From NCBI GenBank assembly GCA_963663865.1, contig OY760686.1:768001-832000 (forward strand): 64,000 nucleotides of DNA, written 5' to 3'. The position numbers and the translations under genes were made by a program. Below the pieces are notes generated by a model. That model was not told the DNA's origin. It was given only the letters and a program-made list of their open reading frames with translations, and did not search any database. Positions 48,430 through 58,753 of the stretch are shown piece after piece. The stretch's first letter is position 1, and every line of letters starts with the position of its first letter. This stretch comes from Spirochaetota bacterium. GTDB taxonomy: Bacteria > Spirochaetota > UBA4802 > UBA5550.

Positions 48430-49614
48430 CTAATCTGGATTTTTATCAACTCTGATTATACGTTCATAGGAAAAATCATATTTTGCTAACCTATTGTTGT
48501 AAACCCTGGAATAGATTTTAAAATCAATTTTTTTTAGATTGCTCTCGCTCAGCGTTTTGAATATCTGCAGGCTGTTGTTTTTTGTTGCCGCAAGCAGTCT
48601 TGTCTTAAACTGTGTTTTGATGTCCGCAAAGTCCTTCCCGTTTAAATAATCGTAAACAAGTACCAGAGCAAAAGCTCCGTCGAGAATATGCCCCCCCATG
48701 CTTATTGTCATATTCCCGGCATCAATTTCATTAAGAGCATCCATGCTCCAATCGAATCCACCGAAGAGTACCCTGTCTCCGCCGCTTAGATCGAGTTGTA
48801 TGGCCTCTTTCGCTGCTGCAACTGCCAACACATCAGCCGCGCACCACAAAACATCAACACGCGGATAACGGCTCTTTTTGATATAGAAAAATTTATTATT
48901 TGCGTCCTGAGGCTCATAGTTACTGGTAAAGAACTGAAGAAGTTCGGCATTACTATCTTCGGCAACTGCCTGTTGCAGGCCTTTCAGCCGGTCTATCGAG
49001 GCATTGTCAGCGGAAGTACCGGCAAGACCAACCAGTGTTATCTTTTGCTTGTTTTTTATTTGTCGCGCACGGCCTATGAGCAGCTTTGCCAGTTCATATC
49101 CTCCGAGGACGTCGTCGGGAACCAGCTCGCCTATCCAGTAGCGGAAACTTTGGCGGGGTATCCCCATTGCTTTTTTTACCGAATTAGTGTTTATTATAAA
49201 GTAGGGTACTCTGTGAGACTCGCATAATTCGGATGTTATTATTGAGCTGGGAAAGTGATTGATAAATATGAAAGCCCCGGGATGGTCGGTTTTAATTATT
49301 GAAGCGATTTTTTTCTTCTGTCCCGTTTGGCCTATTGGGAGAAGTTTGACCATGAAATCAATATTCAAATCTTCAGATGCGTATTTCATTATATCAATGA
49401 GTTTTTTGTGAAAGGGAGACCCCTTAAAAATACTATCAATATCAGCTTCATCGTTCAGATCATCCTCATTTCCCCAGGGGAATAGCATACGAATGGTTAT
49501 CTTGTGTGCGGGTTCTATATTTTTATCCGGTCTGCATGAGGACAACAATATGGATATGCCCAGGAGAAAAGCAACGACAGTCATTCCATACATTGACGGG
49601 GAAGAAAATTTCAC
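48430..49614 (-). CDS. Lipoprotein periplasmic binding protein (type I, sugar-binding-like), copy 1
   Basis: Lipobox LSSC; PRQSFRYWIGELVPDD..GGY, R..GL, GGFDW, SMGGH motifs. Confidence 0.82.
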   Translation of the reverse strand: MKFSSPSMYGMTVVAFLLGISILLSSCRPDKNIEPAHKITIRMLFPWGNEDDLNDEADIDSIFKGSPFHKKLIDIMKYASEDLNIDFMVKLLPIGQTGQKKKIASIIKTDHPGAFIFINHFPSSIITSELCESHRVPYFIINTNSVKKAMGIPRQSFRYWIGELVPDDVLGGYELAKLLIGRARQIKNKQKITLVGLAGTSADNASIDRLKGLQQAVAEDSNAELLQFFTSNYEPQDANNKFFYIKKSRYPRVDVLWCAADVLAVAAAKEAIQLDLSGGDRVLFGGFDWSMDALNEIDAGNMTISMGGHILDGAFALVLVYDYLNGKDFADIKTQFKTRLLAATKNNSLQIFKTLSESNLKKIDFKIYSRVYNNRLAKYDFSYERIIRVDKNPD

Positions 49615-49915
49615 ATGGCTGCTCCTAAGCGTTTATTGACGCCCGACACCCGGCTGCTGTAATACGTGACACCTTGAGCTTTTCATGAAAAAAGCACAGC
49701 TTCAATTATCTTAACAGAAAAGCTGTAATTTTAACGATGCTGTCAGTACTTTTTGCAGTTCAGTATCGCCGTTGCTTCTTTTATTTGAGATAAGAAAAAA
49801 ATTATATAAACAACATTTTAATATAAAAAATTAACCTGCTCCAGACCTTTGGGGTCATAAAAACAGGATGAGATTAGGGTTCTTCAGCAAAATAATTGAT
49901 GAAGCAGAATATGAA

Positions 49916-50398
49916 TTAATCATGCTTTATTCCCCCGAATAACTCTTTAAAACCGCTCATTCTCTCGTTGAAAACGAGTGAAAAGTATATCTTCTTCAAT
50001 GAAGATATCTTTTGTCTCGCCGAATAGTTAAATTCCGAGTAGAATGTGTAGGCCTGTCCGTCCTTCATGTCGGTCAGGAGCAAAAATATGGCAAAGGTTT
50101 TTCCTGTGTAGAAAAACCTTGATTCTTTCAGGTTCATACCAGCCTCCGCGGAGTCGTTCAGAAATATTCCAAACCGATCAAGAAGCCTTGAACCGCTGCT
50201 GCGGCCGTTAATTGATGTGTCCAGGCAATCCGTTATTATTGCTGAATACTGCGGAGAATCAAGTTTTAGGGCTCTGGCAAAGCTCTCGCTGCTGGCTTTG
50301 AGCTTCATTGCTGAAATGGGTTCTGCTATTACGGACGTTAGAGAGATCAAAACAGTAGCGAGAATGATTAACGAGCGCATAATTGGAAAAATCTTCAT
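49916..50398 (-). CDS. Hypothetical exported protein
   Basis: Signal-peptide-like MKIFPIMRSLIILATVLISLTSVIA; start trimmed from ORF 49916-50509. Confidence 0.55.
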   Translation of the reverse strand: MKIFPIMRSLIILATVLISLTSVIAEPISAMKLKASSESFARALKLDSPQYSAIITDCLDTSINGRSSGSRLLDRFGIFLNDSAEAGMNLKESRFFYTGKTFAIFLLLTDMKDGQAYTFYSEFNYSARQKISSLKKIYFSLVFNERMSGFKELFGGIKHD

Positions 50399-50857
50399 TA
50401 GGTCAAATACCCCCTGACTATAGATATTACAAAACCATTTCGGTGAAAAATTGCAAGGATTATTCATTGTATATTCAGAATTAAGGCTAATAAGCAATAA
50501 TTGCTCCATCTTTATTCTTCCTTCCTGATATCAGGTGCGGGAAATTCTCAAAACAGCCCGCCATCAAATACCGGGTAGAAACTCCATGCGGTATCATCTA
50601 TAAACATAAAAAGACAACCTATCCACATCGGGTGGTTCTGGAAAAATTACTCTTCCTACTTTTGGCGGGACGCCCGGTCAGGGCCGGGTGCCCGTATTTT
50701 TACCGGAGGAGTGAAGGTGGAGCATCCAGTGATATCTTTGCAGTTATGAATTCACGTTCTGACAGGTGTTAGCTGGATACTGGCATGAATAATAAAAAAA
50801 CGGTAATAAAGCCGCATTTTTTATTAAATAAATCATTATTTAGGAGGAGGAATTTTA

Positions 50858-53299
50858 ATGAAAAAAATTCTTTCAATTTTGTTAACTGTTGGAGTATGCG
50901 CTTTTTCGCTGGGGCTGACTTCCTGCGGGGATGACGAAAAAACGTCGCCGCCACCGGTAAATCCCAATGACGGGACAGCATGCGTTCAGGGTGAAAGCAT
51001 CTACTGTGTTGATGGCGTTTATCAACAGCCGAATATAGTAATCGGCGAAGGCGTAGATAAGCAGAAACTCACAGTTGATGTCGAGGACGCTGAAGGGAAC
51101 ACTGTAACCTATACGTTCAAGGATTCTGACGGAGACGGTACTCTCGACAAGTACGAGGACTGGAGACTCAGTGCAAGCGACAGGGCCCAAGACCTCATCT
51201 ACGATCAGGAAATGTCGACCGATTATAAGATAGCATTTCTCTTTGAAATTGGTTACGGAATGGGACCGGGAGTCGGTGGTTCAATACCAACTGATGGAGT
51301 TGTCCCTGCAACAAACGCCACACAAATCACCGAATTCAAAGCAAGGTTTTCCATGCCCTCACAGAATCCGGATGTACCTGCCAGTACTCATGCGAAATTC
51401 ATGAACAACGCTCAAAAACTTGCCGAAGCGGCTGATTATGGGGTGCCTCTTGTGATATGTGTTGATCCGGCTACAGGCTGGGGAATAAACCAGAACGTCA
51501 CCGGTTACGAAACTAAAAACGATTTTAAGGTAGTGGGACGCTGGTGCTATAATCTGGGGCTTGGGGCCATAAATGATCCTGAATACACCAGGGAAATCGC
51601 GGCTCTTCACGCTAAGGCTTACAAGGCCAACGGAGCTAACATGCTTCTCGGTCCAATGTGTGATGTTCTCACCGAGCCAAGATGGGCCAGGGTTTACGAC
51701 ACAATGGGATCTGACCCGGAAATAGTTGGGAACAATGTAAAGGCATATATCCAGGGGCTTCAGGGCTCAGATGATGGAAGCGGAGTTCTCACAGTGGCCG
51801 CCACGATTAAGCACTTCCCCGGCGGAGGAGCCAACGAGGAAGGTCTTGACAGCCATACATTCCAGGGTCGATTCGCTGCAAACGATGGAAATGGATTTGA
51901 AGCTTATGTAAATGCATTCGGGAAGGCTCTTGAGGCCAAACCTGCATGTCTCATGCCATGTTACAGTGTTTTCCATAACGCTACATACAATGGCCATACA
52001 GCTGAAGAGCTTAAGACCTCACACCATGTCGAAGAAATCATGATAGACATCCTTCAGGAAGAATTCAAATACGAAGGTATGATTACCTCAGACTGGAACG
52101 CTGTCACAGGCGAAATGTCATGGGGTGGGATGACCGCGACCGCGAGTTTTGGAGCATGCAACTATGGATGGCCGACAGCTGAAGCCACTGTCCCTAATGC
52201 TGTAGAGTCATACGTTGCATGCGGAGGGCATCAGATCGGCGCGGGAGGTCCTAACTCATGGGAACAGGCTCTCGAAAGCGGACAGGTCACTGAAGATGAT
52301 GTATCTCGCTGCGCAAAAAAATGCGTTGAGGTTACATTCAAGCTTGGATTGTTCGAAAACCCGTATGTAGATGAAGAGAAAGCGGACGAAACAATGCTTG
52401 AAATTAAGGACAAAATTGCCGAAGTAACCAAAAAGGCAATGGTCCTGGTTAATAACAAGAACAGCGCTCTTCCGATCAATTCCGGTTTAAAGGTATACTT
52501 TGACGGAGTTGACGATGATACTGTTAGTACTTTCACTGGAATTACAAAGACAGATACACTGGCAGATGCCGATGTGGCAGTGATCAGGCTTGCTGCCCGT
52601 AAAGGCGATTACTACGGAGTTAAGTCCACATATGTAATCCAGGCAACAGACCCGGAGAGATATGGTGGTGTAGGCAAACAACTTGGTGGCGGTGTACCCA
52701 TCGGATTCAACGACATTATAAAAACCTACTTCCCGGATGCCGATCCCGGAAGCGAGGACAACACGAGGGGTGAGCCATATCTGGATCAAAATTCTAACAT
52801 GTCTGCCGGTTACGGAGGTCACAATCCGTATGAGGTTCGCAACCAGGCCATGGACGGAATCAGGAAGCTTCAAAGGGCAATCGCAGCGCGCGATACCGGC
52901 GGAGCAGCAGAGTCGACTCCAGTGGAGGGTACTAACGAAACATACTGGGACACTGACGCCACAAATCCCATCGACTGTGATACTAACGGCGACGGAGATT
53001 ATGATGATGCAGGATTCGCTGCAAACAGCAATCTCAAGATTGTTGCATGCGTATTTGGAGTTAGACCGTTCGAGTACCATGAAGTGTTTAACAGTGTAGA
53101 TGCGATGGTGGTTGAATTCGGTATTAACGACGAAAATCTGCTCAGCGCCCTTCTCGGAGAGGATGACTTCTCATTCTCATCGAAGCTCCCTTATGGACTT
53201 CCGGCAAACAACGCTGTTGTAGAAGCTGCCAAGGAAGATTTAAGCGAAGATGAGTCGTCCATTCCGGTAGCGCGGGGAACAGGAATTACCGGCTGGTAA
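50858..53299 (+). CDS. GH3 beta-glycosidase lipoprotein
   Basis: Lipobox LTSC; YEDWRL..RAQDL, EPRWAR, KHFPG, MPCYS, nucleophile ITSDW; AGGAGG RBS. Confidence 0.9.
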   Translation: MKKILSILLTVGVCAFSLGLTSCGDDEKTSPPPVNPNDGTACVQGESIYCVDGVYQQPNIVIGEGVDKQKLTVDVEDAEGNTVTYTFKDSDGDGTLDKYEDWRLSASDRAQDLIYDQEMSTDYKIAFLFEIGYGMGPGVGGSIPTDGVVPATNATQITEFKARFSMPSQNPDVPASTHAKFMNNAQKLAEAADYGVPLVICVDPATGWGINQNVTGYETKNDFKVVGRWCYNLGLGAINDPEYTREIAALHAKAYKANGANMLLGPMCDVLTEPRWARVYDTMGSDPEIVGNNVKAYIQGLQGSDDGSGVLTVAATIKHFPGGGANEEGLDSHTFQGRFAANDGNGFEAYVNAFGKALEAKPACLMPCYSVFHNATYNGHTAEELKTSHHVEEIMIDILQEEFKYEGMITSDWNAVTGEMSWGGMTATASFGACNYGWPTAEATVPNAVESYVACGGHQIGAGGPNSWEQALESGQVTEDDVSRCAKKCVEVTFKLGLFENPYVDEEKADETMLEIKDKIAEVTKKAMVLVNNKNSALPINSGLKVYFDGVDDDTVSTFTGITKTDTLADADVAVIRLAARKGDYYGVKSTYVIQATDPERYGGVGKQLGGGVPIGFNDIIKTYFPDADPGSEDNTRGEPYLDQNSNMSAGYGGHNPYEVRNQAMDGIRKLQRAIAARDTGGAAESTPVEGTNETYWDTDATNPIDCDTNGDGDYDDAGFAANSNLKIVACVFGVRPFEYHEVFNSVDAMVVEFGINDENLLSALLGEDDFSFSSKLPYGLPANNAVVEAAKEDLSEDESSIPVARGTGITGW

Positions 53300-53352
53300 T
53301 GAGTTTGACGTACATTTGCTTTTACTCTTTTATTGAGTAGGAGTATAGAACA

Positions 53353-53386
53353 ATGGGCTCCCGGAAACAGGGGGCCCATCTGTTTT
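53353..53386. terminator. Terminator between convergent genes
   Basis: ATGGGCTCCC-N7-GGGGGCCCAT followed by CTGTTTT. Confidence 0.65.
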
Positions 53387-53437
53387 TCTCGAGTGATAAA
53401 TGAAGAAGTCTATTTCTCTGGCATGTCTCTCGTAACC

Positions 53438-54718
53438 TCAACAGTCGAGATTATCAGTTTTGTTGGAAATCTGTTTCTTTTGTTTTCGGCTGCCGTTCTG
53501 ACCAATCTTTCGGAAGTCCGCGGGTGTAATCTTCATTATGCTTGAGAATGTCCTGTAAAAGGTACCGATGTGTTCAAAGCCTGAGTCACGAGCTATCTCT
53601 GAAATCGGTTTGGATGTTTCAGCCAGCTCCGAAGCGGCCTTATTGATTCTAAGCGTGTAAATGTATTCCTGAATCCTCTTTCCTGTGTATATCTTGAAGT
53701 ATCTTCCGAGATTGTCCGCATTGAGTTCTGCTATCTGAGCAAGTCCTTCCCTGGAAATGTCGCGCTCAAAGTTTGAGCGGATATAAGCGATAACCCTGAG
53801 TATCTTTTTTTCAATTATTTCAGTAATTCTCCAGGATGAAGTCTGAATTATGCTTCCGTGTTCTTCATGCCCGGAACTGTATTTAAGATATGCGTCGATG
53901 TAGTTTGTTCTAATTCTATATACGATAAAAGGGGTGATTAAAAGCATAAACGCAAGCGCAAATATTGAGCCTCGCAGAGTTATGTTGAAATAGTGTTGAA
54001 CTCTTTCTTTGTTGATGGATGAAAGCGAAAGGTTGAGGGTTCCGATTTCCCTTCCGTTAAAGTTGTAGTCCCTGTTTACGGTGATTATTGAGTTTGCAGG
54101 ATACTTCCGTTTAAATTCTGCAATCCTGAAGCCGCTGGTATCTTTTATTGAAAGTTCAGCGATATCCGGATTCGAAAAGTAATAGGCTGAGATACGTTCG
54201 ATTGCTGATGTGTCGTAGTTCCACAGGTTGAAGAGGGTGGAATTGACTATCTCTGCTGCAAGATTGCCGGCTGTACTCAGCAGAGAAAGATCAATAATCC
54301 CCACTTCATAGTAAGCGATGATATTTTCTTCCATTATAAATTCTTTGTTCAAGCGGAAGGCTGTATTGGCATTTTTTACACAGTGATATACCTCTTTCTT
54401 CTCCGAATCATAGATTTTGATTGAGCTTATTTCATCACTGGTACAAAAAGGCCTTGCGAACTCTTCAACCGCTTTGTAATCATGGGCCATCAGTGGATGC
54501 CAGGTGGATGATATTATCTGGTCAATATATGTCTGGTTCTTCTTTCTAAGCACTGAAGTGCTTTTATCTGCGTAGTACAACGCTAATATAAGTGTTCCTG
54601 AGAAGAGAATAAAGAATATAAAAAGGGTGCCAAACATTAGTTTGTTATTGGAGATGATAATTCTCAGCATTTTCAGCGCCTTCAAATTGAAAAGTTGTGT
54701 TCGCCTCTTACTGTCCAA
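53438..54718 (-). CDS. Membrane-anchored AraC-family regulator with periplasmic domain, copy 2
   Basis: Same architecture as 47058-48290 (NNKL, FNLWNY, ISREGLA, DNLGRYFK, KITPADFR); true start may be ATG 54670. Confidence 0.88.
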   Translation of the reverse strand: MDSKRRTQLFNLKALKMLRIIISNNKLMFGTLFIFFILFSGTLILALYYADKSTSVLRKKNQTYIDQIISSTWHPLMAHDYKAVEEFARPFCTSDEISSIKIYDSEKKEVYHCVKNANTAFRLNKEFIMEENIIAYYEVGIIDLSLLSTAGNLAAEIVNSTLFNLWNYDTSAIERISAYYFSNPDIAELSIKDTSGFRIAEFKRKYPANSIITVNRDYNFNGREIGTLNLSLSSINKERVQHYFNITLRGSIFALAFMLLITPFIVYRIRTNYIDAYLKYSSGHEEHGSIIQTSSWRITEIIEKKILRVIAYIRSNFERDISREGLAQIAELNADNLGRYFKIYTGKRIQEYIYTLRINKAASELAETSKPISEIARDSGFEHIGTFYRTFSSIMKITPADFRKIGQNGSRKQKKQISNKTDNLDC

Positions 54719-54774
54719 AAACCAGGTGAAAAAATGACAGTGGTTTTAAAATGTTTAATCATAAAATAGGTAGA

Positions 54775-55956
54775 TTATTTTTTATCTGAGAGTTTTTTTA
54801 CTATGTTGTGGTACGAAAAGTCGTATCTGTCTATATTACTATTGTTATAGCGTGAGAATTCCCTGAAATCAATGGTTTTGATGTTCTCCGGGAATAATAG
54901 TCTTTTCATCTCAAGACTGTTTCCTCTTAGAGCTGGAATCAGTCTGGTTCGAAATTCGGTCTTATCATCAGCAAAATCTATTCCCCGAAGATAATCGCTT
55001 ACGAGAACGATGGAGAACGCGGCGTCGAGAAGGTGGCCGCCAAGGCTTGCAGTCATTTTACCTTTTGAAATCATGTCGAGAGCGTCGCTGTGGAGATCGA
55101 AGCCGCCAATGAGGATGTCTCTTCCGGGCGAGAGTCCCATCTTTTCAGCCTTCTTGAGTGCGGCAAGGGCGAGGGTGTCCCCCACAGTCCAGATTGCATC
55201 GGTTTCGGGGTAGCGGCTTCGTTTGATGTAGAAGAACTTTTTCTCAGCTTCCTGAGGTAAATAGTATGTTAGAAATACCTGATTAAGAACAGCATTATTA
55301 TCTTCTTTGACAGCTTTTTTCAGGCCCTCAACTCGTTGCACCGAGGCCCCGTCTACGGCAGTTCCGGCAAGAGCTGAAATGCTCACCCGGTTTCTGTTAA
55401 AAACCCTTCTTGATTCCTGAATGAGGATTTTAGCAAGGTCGTAGCCCCCCATAAAATCGTCGGGTACTATTTCACCTATCCAGTGTTTATATCTCTCCCG
55501 CGGAGAACCAAGCCTGTCCCGCATAATGTTTGAATTGAAGATGAAGAATGGAATTCCCCTTTTTTCGCAATAGTCAAAAATATCCATACACAGAGGGATG
55601 TTGTTCATGATAATAAATGCGTCTATGTGTTTATTGGTAATCTGATTATCAATCTCCTTTCTTAACTCATTCCCCGATGTTGAAATAACAATCATATCAA
55701 AATCAACCTTGAGGTCGTCAGCCGCATAGCTCATGAAATCATAGGTGGTTTTATAAAAAAAAGAGTGTTTTAAGAGGAGCTGCTTGGATGATTCGGGATC
55801 CTTCTTTTCCTGTAAGGAAAAAGGGAGAAGGTGACGTATCCTGATTATGTCTTTTTCGGATGCTTCTTTTTCTTTGTCTTTAATACACCCAAAAAAACAG
55901 AATAATGTCATAAAGAATGAGATTGCAGTGAACGTTACCTGGAATCGTAGTTTCAT
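54775..55956 (-). CDS. Lipoprotein periplasmic binding protein, copy 2
   Basis: Lipobox FFGC; PRERYKHWIGEIVPDD..GGY, KFFYIKRSRYP, SLGGH shared with 48430-49614. Confidence 0.82.
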   Translation of the reverse strand: MKLRFQVTFTAISFFMTLFCFFGCIKDKEKEASEKDIIRIRHLLPFSLQEKKDPESSKQLLLKHSFFYKTTYDFMSYAADDLKVDFDMIVISTSGNELRKEIDNQITNKHIDAFIIMNNIPLCMDIFDYCEKRGIPFFIFNSNIMRDRLGSPRERYKHWIGEIVPDDFMGGYDLAKILIQESRRVFNRNRVSISALAGTAVDGASVQRVEGLKKAVKEDNNAVLNQVFLTYYLPQEAEKKFFYIKRSRYPETDAIWTVGDTLALAALKKAEKMGLSPGRDILIGGFDLHSDALDMISKGKMTASLGGHLLDAAFSIVLVSDYLRGIDFADDKTEFRTRLIPALRGNSLEMKRLLFPENIKTIDFREFSRYNNSNIDRYDFSYHNIVKKLSDKK

Positions 55957-56356
55957 TGTCTAGCGCCTCTTTTCGCATAAGGGAGGAAGTTAAAAAAACA
56001 GAGCTGTCGGTGCTAAACTCAATGTTAGTAGAATAAAGGAAATTCTACCTCAAGAGCTGCACGGTTTTGCCGCAAGCTGTTTCAATGCCATTTTTATATC
56101 GCTTTACTTTACTATACAAGCGGCTATTATACCGGATGTTCTTAAATTCTGATATCAGCATCTAAGAAACAAAAACGGACGAATTGCATAAAAGGTTTCC
56201 CCTTATTAAAGCATGATTTCCGCTTTCTATCAAGGAATAAAATAGCTGATGTTATGAAAATTGCGAAAATATAGAGGCCGTACATCCGATACTTTAGTGG
56301 ATGGGCCTGTTCAGGTATGCGCCTGACAGAACGGCTCAAAAAACTTTCGGCATAAG

Positions 56357-58723
56357 ATGATAATGAAGATATTTATCCGGATAACGCTTGCTCTTTTGTT
56401 GGGGGGGGCGGTTTTCCCGTTATTAGTAATAGTAAAATCATATTCCGATGTATATCATGTTCTGAAGCAGGAAATCCGTTACAATCCCGATCTGCCGGCC
56501 AGGATTTATGACATCAGGGGGCGCCTGATCTCGCAGATATACACAGAAAGACGCAGTTTCTGCCGTCTGGATGACATGTCTCCTTATGTAAAGGCCGCTT
56601 TTATTACAGCGGAAGACCGTGCGTTCTACGAGCACAGCGGATACAGCCTGTTTTCCATACTGAGGGCGGCCGTTGTCGATGTAATGCAGGGAGGCATAAG
56701 GCAGGGAGGGTCTACAATTACCCAGCAGCTTGCAAAGCAGCTTTATACTGGCGGAACCCGGACTATATCACGTAAGCTGAGCGAGCTTTTTATCGCGCGA
56801 GAACTGGAACGGCGTCTTTCAAAAGAACGAATTCTTGAGATGTATCTTAATCTGATCTACTTCGGGCACGGGGCCTATGGCGTTAAGTCTGCCGCTCATT
56901 TTTTCTTTGGGGAGGATATTGGCTCTCTGAAACCGGCTGAGGCGTCGCTTCTATCGGTAATCCCTTCAGCCCCGAACCGCAACTCGCCTCTCAGGGACCC
57001 GGAGTCAGCCTTCCGGAGGGCGCTCAATGTGCTCAGGGTTATGGCCGAAAATGGAGCCATGTCCCCGGAAATATTAGAATCAGAATCTGTAAGACTGAAG
57101 AGTGAAATAATACCTGCGCTTCTTTTCAGGCCACCTTCCGAGACAGTTCGCCATTCACAGGTTGATCATGCTCCATTCTTTACCGAGTATGTCCGCAAAA
57201 TACTTGTTGATAATTACGGCGAAAATATTGTTTACCGGCGTGGTTTAGATGTACATACAACGCTTGATATTGACCTTCAGAAGTCGGCCGAAAAGCGCAT
57301 AAAGGAGATGCTCGGCGAGCGTATACATTCCGCGTATTCTTACAATATGCGCCGGCGCGGGGTCTTTGAGCGTGAATACGCTCTTGACCTGACTCGGAGG
57401 AAAAGCCCCGGGAAAGCTGATTCATCACTGTCTTCCAATATGGTATCAATTCATAGCGGCAGTGCGCTCGACGCGGCGCTCGTTATATCGGAACTCTTTG
57501 GGGCTGAGCGGGCCTCGGAAGCCGTGGAGGCCTCAATGGAAAGGTATGACAGGGTGCTGGATCAGTCACGGCTTGAGGCGGCTTTTATAGCTATTGATTC
57601 CAGCGGTGGCGGCATCAGGGCCATGGTCGGAGGAGCAGACATGGCGGATGGAGGGCAGCTGAACAGAGCTGTCCAGGCTTACAGACAGCCGGGTTCTGCT
57701 TTTAAGGCCTTCGTCTACGGAGCCGGAATTGAGAGCGGAGCGATAACCGCGGCAACACGCTTTCAGGACCTTCCAATGGTGTTTAAGCAGGGGTCAAAAA
57801 CATGGGAACCTTCGAATTACGGACGAGACTTCAGCGGAAGCGTTCTTGCAAGAAAAGCCGTGGCCGCTTCATTGAATACAGTGGCCGTTCTTGCGCTCGA
57901 AAAGGCCGGCCCCAAGACGGTGGCATCTTTCGCTTCAAGGCTGACCGGAGCTCCGAAGAGCCGGTTTGAGCTTGACGGAACGCTTGCGCTCGGCACATCA
58001 GAGCTTTCCCCGCTTGAGCTGGCAAAAGGCTTCGCGGTGTTTGCCAATGGGGGCAGGGCAGTTTCTCCACATACAGTTGTAAAAATAGCGGATAGGAGCG
58101 GGAACGTCTATTTTGAAAAAAAAGCGGTATCGGATAAAAAGGTAATCTCTCCGGAGACCGCCTACATTGTAAATGACATGCTGCGCGACGTGGTAGACAG
58201 AGGAACAGCAACAGCAGCCATAAGGCGAAGGGCCGGACTGAGGCTGCCCGCTTCCGGGAAAACGGGGACAAACACGGGTTACAGAGACGCCTGGTTCGCG
58301 GGCAGTATACCGGGGTTGACAGCAGTTGTGTGGTTCGGATGCAATTCTCAGAGATTCTCGCTCGGCCCTGGTGCGTCCGCTTCTGTTATCGCGGCGCCTG
58401 TCTGGGGCAGAATAATGAGGGATGCCTCATCTGTCATGAGTCAGCGCTCATTTCCGGCGAGGCCTGCCGGAGTCAGCACGGTGACCGTATGTCCGTTAAC
58501 CGGTAAACGGGCATCCTCCGGGTGCGGGGGAGCAACTGAGTTTTTTCGTCATGGTACTGAGCCCGATGAGGTATGCAGCGGAGAGCACAGCGATATCCTC
58601 AACCCTCTTTCGGGCTGGAAAAAGGCCGCTGACAAGCTTAAGGACAGAGAGCTTAAAAAAATTGAGCGGAAGCTGTATCCTGAGGATGAGGGCTGGGAGA
58701 TCGTTGAGCATAGTTTTGAATAA
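56357..58723 (+). CDS. Class A penicillin-binding protein (PBP1A family)
   Basis: EDRAFYEHSG, GGSTITQQLAK, RKLSE transglycosylase motifs; SAFK, SLN, KTG transpeptidase motifs. Confidence 0.95.
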   Translation: MIMKIFIRITLALLLGGAVFPLLVIVKSYSDVYHVLKQEIRYNPDLPARIYDIRGRLISQIYTERRSFCRLDDMSPYVKAAFITAEDRAFYEHSGYSLFSILRAAVVDVMQGGIRQGGSTITQQLAKQLYTGGTRTISRKLSELFIARELERRLSKERILEMYLNLIYFGHGAYGVKSAAHFFFGEDIGSLKPAEASLLSVIPSAPNRNSPLRDPESAFRRALNVLRVMAENGAMSPEILESESVRLKSEIIPALLFRPPSETVRHSQVDHAPFFTEYVRKILVDNYGENIVYRRGLDVHTTLDIDLQKSAEKRIKEMLGERIHSAYSYNMRRRGVFEREYALDLTRRKSPGKADSSLSSNMVSIHSGSALDAALVISELFGAERASEAVEASMERYDRVLDQSRLEAAFIAIDSSGGGIRAMVGGADMADGGQLNRAVQAYRQPGSAFKAFVYGAGIESGAITAATRFQDLPMVFKQGSKTWEPSNYGRDFSGSVLARKAVAASLNTVAVLALEKAGPKTVASFASRLTGAPKSRFELDGTLALGTSELSPLELAKGFAVFANGGRAVSPHTVVKIADRSGNVYFEKKAVSDKKVISPETAYIVNDMLRDVVDRGTATAAIRRRAGLRLPASGKTGTNTGYRDAWFAGSIPGLTAVVWFGCNSQRFSLGPGASASVIAAPVWGRIMRDASSVMSQRSFPARPAGVSTVTVCPLTGKRASSGCGGATEFFRHGTEPDEVCSGEHSDILNPLSGWKKAADKLKDRELKKIERKLYPEDEGWEIVEHSFE

Positions 58724-58753
58724 TCAGCGGCCTTTACGGCCGGGGCGGTGTAA

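Noticed and set aside
56074-56091. Possible sigma54 promoter (minus strand TGGCATTGAAACAGC) upstream of binding protein copy 2
   Set aside because: GG-N10-GC spacing fits, but the -12 is CAGC rather than TTGC and there is no equivalent upstream of copy 1.
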